DNA of 64,000 nt from contig CAZNUW010000008.1 in the NCBI GenBank assembly GCA_964576515.1, forward strand, positions 36,307 through 100,306, in the 5' to 3' direction. Numbering within the stretch: the first letter of the stretch is position 1; every line of letters begins with the position of its first letter. The position numbers and the translations under genes were made by a program. The DNA comes from an uncultured Rhodobacterales bacterium. Lineage in GTDB: Bacteria; Pseudomonadota; Alphaproteobacteria; Rhodospirillales; Rhodospirillaceae. Under the pieces are notes generated by a model, which saw only the letters and a list, made by a program, of their open reading frames with translations, did no database searches and was not told the DNA's origin. Below, piece after piece: positions 25,645 through 33,411 of this stretch.

Positions 25645-26778
25645 TTATTCCGCGGCGCGGCGAGGACCGCGGCTGTCCGCGTGAGGCTCTCCCTCCTCAT
25701 GGCCGTTCTCGTCCTGCCGCTGGCGCCACCAGAAGGCCAGGAGAACCTTGCCGATCGCGACAACCGGGATGGCGATAAACACGCCGATGACGCCCCACAG
25801 TTTCCCGCCCAACAACACGGCAAAGATGACCAGCGCCGGATTAAGCCGCATCCGGTCGCCGATAATGCGAGGCGACAGGATGCTGGATTCGACAAACTCG
25901 GTGATGAGGAATGTCGCCGCGACCCCCAGGATCAGGATGCTGTCCCAACCATCCTGTGTAACGCCGGTGGTGACCGCGATAGTCACGCCAATCGCGGTTC
26001 CGATATAGGGAAGAAACTTAAGTGCGCCCGCGAGCACGCCGATCACGATCGCATAATTGAGGCCGATGGTGTAAAGACCGATTGTATAAAGCACCGCGCA
26101 GCAGAGACAGACCCACGCCTGCCCGTGCAGAAATGCCGACATCACACGGTCGATCCTCCGACCGAGGTAACGCAGCGCGGGGCGTTTTTCCGGCGGCGCC
26201 TCATCCACCAACCACGCCAGCATGCGCGGCCAGTCCTTCAACAGATAGAAGGTGACAACGGGCATCAAAAGCGCAAGTCCGATGGTCGTCGCGAGCGACG
26301 CGGCGAGCGGTACGGCGATGTCCGCGACCGGCGGCTCGGTCGGCGTCGGTTTCACGAGGCCCCCTAAACCGAACTGCTGCAACGCAGGGAAATACGGCCT
26401 CAATTCCTGGCGCATTTCACGCATTAAGCTCGTAAAGACGGTTTGCAGCTCCCGGACCATGGCTTGAAGTTCGCCATACGCGAGAGGCCCGGCCACAGCC
26501 AGTCCGCCGCCGATGGCGAGCACCAATGTGGAAGTAATGAGGCCGGCCGCGATTGCCCGCGAGAAACCACGGCGCACCATCCATGTGGTCAGCGGATCAA
26601 ACAGATAGGCAAAGAGAAAGCAAACCACGAAGAGCGCGAGGATATCCCCCGCGAGCCAGGTGAGCGCGGCGACAATAAGGCCGCCGAGAAAAAGCAGAAG
26701 AAGTTGGTTGGTACCAGAGGTCGTCGTGGGCGACATGCGGACGCCGGGATATGGCCAAGTGGAAGGGGGGTTCACCAT
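25645..26778 (-). CDS. AI-2E family transporter (PerM/UPF0118)
   Basis: Multi-TM protein with the characteristic FLPYIG..IG motif. An alternative start is 26736. Confidence 0.8.
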   Translation of the reverse strand: MVNPPSTWPYPGVRMSPTTTSGTNQLLLLFLGGLIVAALTWLAGDILALFVVCFLFAYLFDPLTTWMVRRGFSRAIAAGLITSTLVLAIGGGLAVAGPLAYGELQAMVRELQTVFTSLMREMRQELRPYFPALQQFGLGGLVKPTPTEPPVADIAVPLAASLATTIGLALLMPVVTFYLLKDWPRMLAWLVDEAPPEKRPALRYLGRRIDRVMSAFLHGQAWVCLCCAVLYTIGLYTIGLNYAIVIGVLAGALKFLPYIGTAIGVTIAVTTGVTQDGWDSILILGVAATFLITEFVESSILSPRIIGDRMRLNPALVIFAVLLGGKLWGVIGVFIAIPVVAIGKVLLAFWWRQRQDENGHEEGEPHADSRGPRRAAE

Positions 26779-26836
26779 AAACGAACGGGAGCGGCAAGTT
26801 AATGCCGCTCCCGCCCCAGAAACCGGCTAAATCGGC

Positions 26837-27040
26837 TCAATGAAGGGCTTTCTCCCAGTCCTTGACCTGGCGCTCGGCGGCTTCCTTCTGGATGCCGTAG
26901 CGCTCCTGGATCCGGCCGACGAGCTGGTCGCGCTTTCCAGCGATGACGTCCAAATCATCGTCGGTGAGGTGGCCCCACTTCTCCTGGACCTTTCCCTTAA
27001 TCTGCTTCCAATTGCCGCTCACCTGATCCCAGTTCATCAT
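26837..27040 (-). CDS. csbD: CsbD family general stress protein
   Basis: NWDQV.GNWKQ.KGKV.EKWG.LTDDDLD.I.GKRDQL.G.IQE.YG. Confidence 0.9.
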   Translation of the reverse strand: MMNWDQVSGNWKQIKGKVQEKWGHLTDDDLDVIAGKRDQLVGRIQERYGIQKEAAERQVKDWEKALH

Positions 27041-27055
27041 GTTCTTGACCTTTCT

Positions 27056-27229
27056 TTAGATGACGAATACCCATGCGATGACGAGTGCGACCAATGCGGC
27101 CGATAGAGAAAACATCAGGACATAGCGGACGCCGTGTCCGGTTTCACCCTGGCGAACCTCGTTCACCGTCAAATCCTCCGGATCTTTCAGCGGCGCCATG
27201 TCGGGTGCGGCGTCGTACGGCTTGTTCAT
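27056..27229 (-). CDS. 57-aa tail-anchored small membrane protein (below the ORF-track cutoff)
   Basis: Hand translation gives MNKPYDAAPDMAPLKDPEDLTVNEVRQGETGHGVRYVLMFSLSAALVALVIAWVFVI*. AGGAGG RBS 5 nt upstream. Stops 15 nt before the csbD start. Confidence 0.45.
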   Translation of the reverse strand: MNKPYDAAPDMAPLKDPEDLTVNEVRQGETGHGVRYVLMFSLSAALVALVIAWVFVI

Positions 27230-27284
27230 GACAGCCTCCTTCGTTCGGACGCGATGAAGAGTCGCACGTCCATGTCCTAGATAT

Positions 27285-27309
27285 AACGTCTTGGTCCGCC
27301 GGAAGTTTC
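27285..27309 (-). promoter_or_regulatory. EcfG-like promoter GAAAC-N16-CGTT upstream of the small-ORF/csbD unit
   Basis: One mismatch in the -35. It lies in the 27230-27328 intergenic gap. Confidence 0.5.
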
Positions 27310-27328
27310 CCGCGGAACGCGCGGAGCT

Positions 27329-27847
27329 TTAAGCCTCGCGCTCGCGCGTGGCTTTCCACCTCGCGTAATCCTCGTCGTATTGCTGAGCCTGACGGCGGCG
27401 CCAGGCGCGATATTCCGCGTCATGCGCATCGAGTTCCGCGCGACGCCAGCGTCGGTACGCCGCGTCGCTGCTATCGAGCGCGGACATCTGCTCATTATTT
27501 TCCGTACCAAACGCCCGCTCGGACGCAAGGCCGTCCATACCGCTCGCGCCGACCTGGCCACGCCACTCCCGCAGACGGGGCTTGCGCCACTCGCGTTCGA
27601 GCCGTTGAACCCCGTAACCGCCGCCGTAGTTCTCACGCTCGTAATCGCGGCCTTGGAATCGCGCATGCCCGCCGCGAGACGTCCGTATCCTGCGCTCTTC
27701 GCGACTTCCATAATCGTGCACATCCATGGAAGATGAGCCGCGGGCGTCAGACTCCAGTTCACGGTCCGCGCGATACGACTGGCGATCTCGCGAACCATAG
27801 CCACACTCTTCGTCACGTGTTCCGTATCGGTCGCGCCGCGGCATCAT
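27329..27847 (-). CDS. highly charged, probably disordered protein with a C-terminal Y-x-x-W-[RK] repeat region (resembles C-termini of SWFGD-type stress proteins)
   Basis: R/D/E/G/Y-rich. The C-terminus is AAYRRWRRAELDAHDAEYRAWRRRQAQQYDEDYARWKATRE. GGGAGG RBS before the tandem ATGs at 27847/27844. Confidence 0.55.
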   Translation of the reverse strand: MMPRRDRYGTRDEECGYGSRDRQSYRADRELESDARGSSSMDVHDYGSREERRIRTSRGGHARFQGRDYERENYGGGYGVQRLEREWRKPRLREWRGQVGASGMDGLASERAFGTENNEQMSALDSSDAAYRRWRRAELDAHDAEYRAWRRRQAQQYDEDYARWKATREREA

Positions 27848-27904
27848 CACCTCCCGTCGCCGGCCAAGTACTTGAAGATTAAGCGCGCCACGCAACACAA
27901 AGTT

Positions 27905-27950
27905 CCGGCGCTGTCGCGCCATACGCGCCGGCGCTGTCGCGCCATACGCG
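27905..27950. repeat. perfect tandem duplication, 2 x 23 bp (CCGGCGCTGTCGCGCCATACGCG)
   Basis: Read directly. It abuts a GGAAC pentamer at 27902-27906 (minus strand). Confidence 0.85.
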
Positions 27951-28042
27951 AAGGTGAGACAGGCTGTTCGTCAGCGCCACAAGATTGCCGCCTTTCAGTC
28001 AAAATTGCCCTGAAGATACAGATATTTAGCCGCACGCCACGC

Positions 28043-28068
28043 GGAACGAATCCCCGCCTCCCCACGTT
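28043..28068 (+). promoter_or_regulatory. EcfG-type promoter GGAAC-N17-CGTT (consensus)
   Basis: About 57 nt upstream of the SH3-protein start. Confidence 0.6.
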
Positions 28069-28124
28069 TCTTCTTCGCTGCCGCCGTTCATTTTCATACC
28101 GGCTCGAAAGTCGCCGGAGTCCGC

Positions 28125-28574
28125 GTGAGGAGCGTCATGACGAAGTCCCCCATTCTGTTCGCCGCGCTATGTGTCACCGCCGTTTTCGCCGCGCCGGCCA
28201 TGGCCGCGAACGGGTCCACCTCGCAAGGCATACAGATGCAGGCTGGACCGGGATCGGACTATCCCGATGTGATGCGTCTCGCGCCCAACCTGAAGGTGAC
28301 CATTCATGGATGTTCGCGGACGTGGGATTGGTGCGACGTTGAGTGGCGCGGCAATCGCGGATGGGTGCCAGCGGCCACCATCGACTACCGGCGCGGCGAC
28401 ACGCTTTTTCCGGTAGCGAATTTTGGACCGCGCATCGGGCTTCCCCAAGTCGACTTCAACCTCGGAAGCTACTGGAACGCTCACTATCGTCAGCGGCCTT
28501 GGTACGCGCAGCGTCAGGCGTGGGCCACACGCACGCAGCCGCCGGTCCGTGTCTTCGCCGAAGTCACGAACTAG
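28125..28574 (+). CDS. exported bacterial SH3-domain protein
   Basis: Signal peptide ...AAPAMA, then an SH3_3-like V.A..L.MQAGPG..YP.V..L.....V...GC....WC.V.W.G..GWV segment. Alternative start at 28137. Confidence 0.7.
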   Translation: MRSVMTKSPILFAALCVTAVFAAPAMAANGSTSQGIQMQAGPGSDYPDVMRLAPNLKVTIHGCSRTWDWCDVEWRGNRGWVPAATIDYRRGDTLFPVANFGPRIGLPQVDFNLGSYWNAHYRQRPWYAQRQAWATRTQPPVRVFAEVTN

Positions 28575-28603
28575 AGGTTTATCAGGCGCCCTCTGCCCGC
28601 ATT

Positions 28604-28707
28604 CAAAAAAAGGCCCTTCCGCACATGGCGAAAGGGCCTTTTTGAAGTCACAGGAATTTCGGCGGAAGCGCGGGGGGAAAAGCGCTGGGGAACACGCCGA
28701 AATCACA
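28604..28707 (-). ncRNA. candidate EcfG-dependent small RNA (about 100 nt, GsrN-like architecture)
   Basis: A consensus EcfG promoter with no ORF downstream. Stem ATTTCGGCG/CGCCGAAAT encloses AGCGC-UUUUCCCCCC-GCGCU. This is followed by the terminator GGCCCTTTC...GGAAGGGCC plus a T7 run. Confidence 0.45.
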
Positions 28708-28713
28708 CACCAT

Positions 28714-28738
28714 AACGGCGGCATCCGATGAAGGTTCC
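28714..28738 (-). promoter_or_regulatory. EcfG-type promoter GGAAC-N16-CGTT (consensus) with no protein gene downstream
   Basis: The plus strand reads AACG-N16-GTTCC. It points toward 28700->28600. Confidence 0.6.
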
Positions 28739-28787
28739 CGCCACAGGCGAGAAAATGACAGCTTTTAGGGTCGCTTTGACGGAGAAC

Positions 28788-29210
28788 CTAGTTGTTTGCG
28801 TGTGCCGGCGCGGCCGCCAAGGTCTGGCGATCTTCGCCACTCAGGGCCTCGATAAGGCCTTGCTCTAACAACTCTATTCCGTAAGGTTTGCGAATGGATG
28901 CACAATCCTGAAGTTCGACCGGAAGGTTCTTGTCATCCATGCCGGTGGTCACGATGACCCGAATACCCCTTTTCCGGAACTGCTCGGCGGCAGGCGCGCT
29001 GCCTTCGCCTTTTAATCTGTAATCGAGCAAAACCGCATCGACATCGCAGGCCTCCAAAGTATCGGCCAGGGACAAGGCCTCCGTAAGCGTCCGGGCTGTC
29101 CCCGCATGAACGCACCCCAATTCGTCCAGCATGATCTCGAGCATGGCATTGATAGGGACTTCGTCTTCGATAACGGCGATGCGTTTACCGGCCAAAACGG
29201 GATGACTCAC
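28788..29210 (-). CDS. single-domain response regulator (receiver only)
   Basis: RIAVIEDE, phospho-acceptor context VLLDYRL, and a T/K motif (VIVTTG..., IRKPY). No output domain. Confidence 0.85.
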   Translation of the reverse strand: MSHPVLAGKRIAVIEDEVPINAMLEIMLDELGCVHAGTARTLTEALSLADTLEACDVDAVLLDYRLKGEGSAPAAEQFRKRGIRVIVTTGMDDKNLPVELQDCASIRKPYGIELLEQGLIEALSGEDRQTLAAAPAHANN

Positions 29211-29566
29211 GTCGATGGTTCCTTGTCAGGTTGAACCTAGCGCCATGTTAACGCCGCATTTCGGGTTTCGTTGCGCTCACAAGTGGAAAAGAACGAGGAT
29301 CCTGGGCGATTTTCCGCGTATCAAGTGCTTCAAACCAAGCTGAAAGCGTCACAATTCCTTCATTGCGAGGCCATCCACCCGCAAGCCGCTCCCGAATGCC
29401 CCAAAAATGGTTGAAAAACCCTATCCAGCACCGGCTCCGCCCTCGAGCCTTCCGGCGTCACGGAAACGATTCTGAAGCGAACGCTTCCCCATTTCTTCAT
29501 TGGACCCCGTGATGCGCGGCCACGCACACTTTTCCCAGCACCAATGGGGTCTCAAGGGGTAAGACG

Positions 29567-30149
29567 ATGATGAAACGGACGTTGATTTGGTCGATCGGCC
29601 TGTGCGCAACGCTAGCCCTTTGCGCGCCGGCGCAGGCAGCCTGGTACCGGGGCAATACCCATACGCATTCCTTGAACTCGGATGGCAACGTCGCGCCGGA
29701 CGCGGTCGTGCGCTGGTACCGTGAGCACGGATATCAGTTCGTGGTGATGACCGAACATGAATACATCACCGATGTCGCGCCATTACAGGCGCTGTTCGGC
29801 GCACACGAGCAATTCCTTGGTGCGCGCGGAGCGGTTGTCCCCGGAAGCAATCACGGCGGCGCTGGCGAAGGGCGATTTCTATTCCTCCACCGGCGTCACC
29901 CTCGACGATGTGACGGCGAGCGCCAAGGAAATCGCGATCAAAATCAAAACCGAGATCCGGCCGCGCGTCAGAACCAACGCACGTTTCATGACGCGCTTCA
30001 TCGGCAGAGATGGAAAAGTCCTGGCCGAAGCGCCGGGAACAGAACCGAAGTATGTAATACGCGGCGACGAGGGCTACATCCGCGCGGCGATCACGGACTC
30101 CAACGGACGTAAAGCCTGGACCCAGCCGGTGTTTACATCCCGGAAGTAA
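29567..30149 (+). pseudogene. decayed PHP-family metal-dependent phosphoesterase (internal deletion plus frameshift)
   Basis: Frame 1 gives a signal peptide plus WYRGNTHTHSLNSDGN...WYREHGYQFVVMTEHEY, then nonsense. Frame 3 resumes with LVRAERLSPEAITAALAKGDFYSSTGV...AWTQPVF. The junction is near 29805-29820 and the central catalytic part is missing. Confidence 0.6.
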
Positions 30150-30177
30150 GAAGCGGGCCCTTACGCAGGGCCCGCGC

Positions 30178-31779
30178 CTATTTCACCTCGACCGTTTGCC
30201 CCGGAAGCGGCGGCGTGTTGACCGGCCGCCGGATCGCCTTGGAAGCCTGCTCAAACGCGTACCCAAGCGAAAGCAGCTTCGGTTCGCTGTAAGCTGTGCC
30301 CAGAAACGAAATCGCGACCGGAAGGTCGTCGGTCGTGAAACCGGCCGGGACGACCAGATCGGGGAAGCCGGTCAGCGGCGCGATCACGGAGGATGAGACA
30401 CCGCCGCCGCCGGAGGTCGACGGAGAGCCCGCGATGGCTGCAGGCCGTGTCCGCCCTGTCGGGTAAACGATGGCGTCCAATTTGTCCTTCTGTAGCGTCC
30501 CGTTAATGAGCGCGCGGGCCATCGGCATACCGAAATCATGGGCGGCGATGTATCCGGGATCGGTCATCGCGCCACTCGCTTTCTCGACCTTGAAGAAGTT
30601 CCATCGGAAGGGATTCGGCCCCTCGCCCGTCGGGCGGAGATCGTTGTAGCTTTCAGCGGCCGCGATCAGGCCATCGAGGTCTTTCGGATATTTCGGTGCG
30701 GTCGTTTTCAGATAGTCGCCGATCTGCACCGCGAACTCGGGCGGATAGATCGACCACAGCATCGCCGAGGCCGAATCAACGAACCACTTTGGCAACCGCA
30801 CATCGACAACGGTAGCGCCGGATTTCTGCATGGTCTTGATGGCGGCCTCCACCACCCAATCGACATCCGGATCGGCGCCCAGATAGTCGCGCGCGATGCC
30901 GATCCGGGCGCCCTTCAAGCCGTCGGCGTTCAGGAACTTCGTATAGTCCTTCTGCGCATTGCCTTTCTGCGTCTGTGTGGTGGGATCGGCTTTATCGATA
31001 CCGGCGGTGACGCCCAAGGAAACCGCGATATCGGTGACATTGCGCGTCATCGGTCCGGCCATGTCGAGACTGAGAGACAGCGGGATCACGCCGTCATGAC
31101 TGATGAGGCCGTAGGTCGGGCGCATGCCGACGATACCGTTGGTGGCCGACGGACCGCGGATCGATCCGCCGGTGTCGGTTCCATAGCCGAGCGGCGCATA
31201 TCCCGCCGCGATGCCCACACCCGTCCCTCCGGAGGAGCCAGACGGCGTGCGCGTAAGGTCGTGCGGGTTCAACGACTGCCCGCCCTTTGAACTTTGAAAG
31301 CCGTTCGCGAATTCCCCGAGATTGACCTTGGCCAGGATAATGGCGCCGCCATCGCGCAGTTGCTTCACGAGATGAGCATCGTCCGGCGGCATACTGCCCT
31401 CGAGCAGGACAGATCCGCCTGTCGTCGCGATATCGACGGTATCGATGTTGTCCTTGAAGATGACAGGGATACCATGCAGCGGGCCGCGGACTTTCCCCGC
31501 CTTGCGCTCCGCATCGAGCGCACGGGCGATCTCCATCGCTTTCGGATTGAGGGCGATCACCGCGTGGAGTTTTGGGCCGGCGCGATCATAAGCCGCAATG
31601 CGCGCGAGACACATTTCGGTGAGTTTCTCGGCGGTCAGCGTCCCCGCCGCCATTGCCGCCTGGAGCTCGACGATCGTCGCCTGATCCATCTCGACCGGGC
31701 GCGCCTGCGCCGGCACGGCAACCATGAGAGCGCCGGCGAGCGCGGCCGCCACCGCCAGCATGCTGACTTGTTTCTTCAT
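30178..31779 (-). CDS. exported amidase-signature (Ser-cisSer-Lys) enzyme, paralog A
   Basis: Signal peptide ...AVPAQA, FKDNID (Lys), GSSGGTGV, GTDTGGSIRGPS. Start MKKQVS at 31779. Confidence 0.85.
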   Translation of the reverse strand: MKKQVSMLAVAAALAGALMVAVPAQARPVEMDQATIVELQAAMAAGTLTAEKLTEMCLARIAAYDRAGPKLHAVIALNPKAMEIARALDAERKAGKVRGPLHGIPVIFKDNIDTVDIATTGGSVLLEGSMPPDDAHLVKQLRDGGAIILAKVNLGEFANGFQSSKGGQSLNPHDLTRTPSGSSGGTGVGIAAGYAPLGYGTDTGGSIRGPSATNGIVGMRPTYGLISHDGVIPLSLSLDMAGPMTRNVTDIAVSLGVTAGIDKADPTTQTQKGNAQKDYTKFLNADGLKGARIGIARDYLGADPDVDWVVEAAIKTMQKSGATVVDVRLPKWFVDSASAMLWSIYPPEFAVQIGDYLKTTAPKYPKDLDGLIAAAESYNDLRPTGEGPNPFRWNFFKVEKASGAMTDPGYIAAHDFGMPMARALINGTLQKDKLDAIVYPTGRTRPAAIAGSPSTSGGGGVSSSVIAPLTGFPDLVVPAGFTTDDLPVAISFLGTAYSEPKLLSLGYAFEQASKAIRRPVNTPPLPGQTVEVK

Positions 31780-31792
31780 GTGCGTTTCCCCT

Positions 31793-33394
31793 TTACTTGG
31801 AAGGAACTTCAATGCCGCCGCCCGGAAGCGCCGGCGTGTTCACGGGACGGCGAATGGCCTTCGTCGCCTGTTCAAGACCGTAGGCCAGGCTGATGAGTTT
31901 GCCTTCGCTGAACGCCGGGCCCAGGAAAGAGATAGTCACCGGCAGATCGTCGGTCGTGAAACCGATGGGAAGGATCAGATCGGGGAAACCGGTGAGGTTC
32001 GCGACCGGCATGGGATAGACGCCCGTAGCGAAACTCGGCAACGGATCGGCGATGCGTTCCGGCCGTTTCGGGGTTGTCGGATAGACGATGGCGTCGAGCT
32101 TATCTTTCGCGAACACACCTTGGACCAGCGCCGTCGCCATGGGCATCCCGTAGTCATGCGCGGCGACATATCCGGGATCGGTGAGCGTGCCGCTGTTTTT
32201 TTCCTGGAGGAAGAATGCCCAGCGGTAAGGGTTCACACCCTCACCGTCGGGCCCCAGGCTCGTGTACTCCTGTGAGCGTTCGATCAATTGATCGAGGTTT
32301 TTCGGGTACTTCGGGGCGGTTGTTTTCAGGTAATCGGCGATCTGTACCGCGAATTCCGGTGGATAGATCGACCACAGCATTGAGGTATGGGAGTCGAGGA
32401 ACCACTTCGGGAAACGGACGTCGACGACGGTCGCGCCCGCCTTTTGCATCGCCTTAATCGCCGATTCCATGGCCCAATCGACGTCCGGGTCCGCCCCCAT
32501 GTAATCGCGTTGAACGCCGATACGGGCGCCCTTCAGGCCATTGGCGTTGAGATACTTCGTGTAGTCCTTCTCGAACTTGCCTTGGCTTTTTTTCGTCGCG
32601 TCGTCCGCCGGATCGACACCCGTCATGACGCCCAACGAGATCGCGAGGTCGGTGACGCTGCGTGTCATGGGACCGCCAGTGTCGAGCGACAACGCAAGTG
32701 GGATGATGCCGTCGCGACTGACGAGACCATGGGTCGGCTTCAAGCCGACGATGCCGTTGACGCTGGATGGCCCGCGGATCGATCCACCCGTGTCGGTCCC
32801 CAAACCCAGCGGCGCGTATCCCGCGGCCACCGCGACACCGGTCGCGCCTGATGATCCCGACGGCGTGCGGGTCAGATCGTGCGGGTTGAGAGACTGTCCA
32901 CCCTTCGAGCTTTGCATACCGTTCGCGAATTCACCCAAGTTCACCTTGGCGAGGATGATCGCGCCGCCGTCGCGCAGCTTCTTGACCATGAACGCATCAT
33001 CGGGCGCCATGTGGCCGTCCAACAGGACCGATCCGCCCGTCGTCGGCATATCGACTGTATCGAAATTGTCTTTCAGAACGACGGGAATGCCATGCATGGG
33101 CCCGCGCACTTTGCCCGCTTTACGTTCGGCATCGAGGGCGCGGGCGATCTCGATCGCCCTTGGATTAAGGGCAATGACGGCATGGATTTTCGGCCCCTTG
33201 CGGTCGAAGGCGTCGATGCGCGCGAGAGAGAGTTCGGTGAGCCGTTCCGCCGTCAGCGTGCCGGCCGCCATGGCCGCCTGCAGTTCGGCGATAGTCGCCT
33301 GGTCGAACTCCACCTGCTTTGCGGCCGCCGGAGCGGCGAGCAATGCGCCCGCGAGCGCACAAACGATCGCCAACGTGCTGACCTGCTTTTTCAT
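31793..33394 (-). CDS. exported amidase-signature enzyme, paralog B
   Basis: Signal peptide ...APAAA, LKDNFD, GSSGATGV, GTDTGGSIRGPS. Confidence 0.85.
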   Translation of the reverse strand: MKKQVSTLAIVCALAGALLAAPAAAKQVEFDQATIAELQAAMAAGTLTAERLTELSLARIDAFDRKGPKIHAVIALNPRAIEIARALDAERKAGKVRGPMHGIPVVLKDNFDTVDMPTTGGSVLLDGHMAPDDAFMVKKLRDGGAIILAKVNLGEFANGMQSSKGGQSLNPHDLTRTPSGSSGATGVAVAAGYAPLGLGTDTGGSIRGPSSVNGIVGLKPTHGLVSRDGIIPLALSLDTGGPMTRSVTDLAISLGVMTGVDPADDATKKSQGKFEKDYTKYLNANGLKGARIGVQRDYMGADPDVDWAMESAIKAMQKAGATVVDVRFPKWFLDSHTSMLWSIYPPEFAVQIADYLKTTAPKYPKNLDQLIERSQEYTSLGPDGEGVNPYRWAFFLQEKNSGTLTDPGYVAAHDYGMPMATALVQGVFAKDKLDAIVYPTTPKRPERIADPLPSFATGVYPMPVANLTGFPDLILPIGFTTDDLPVTISFLGPAFSEGKLISLAYGLEQATKAIRRPVNTPALPGGGIEVPSK

Positions 33395-33411
33395 GTCGGT
33401 TTCCCCCTCTT

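Noticed and set aside
28167-28724. 185-aa minus-strand ORF downstream of the orphan EcfG promoter
   Set aside because: It runs antisense through the SH3-protein gene and across a strong bidirectional terminator, and its composition is implausible. The promoter is better explained by a short non-coding transcript.
29211-29566. Search for an EcfG promoter upstream of the single-domain response regulator, and for small ORFs at 29421-29688
   Set aside because: Only poor matches were found (for example GGAAA-N15-CGTT). The ORFs lack an RBS and have junk composition.
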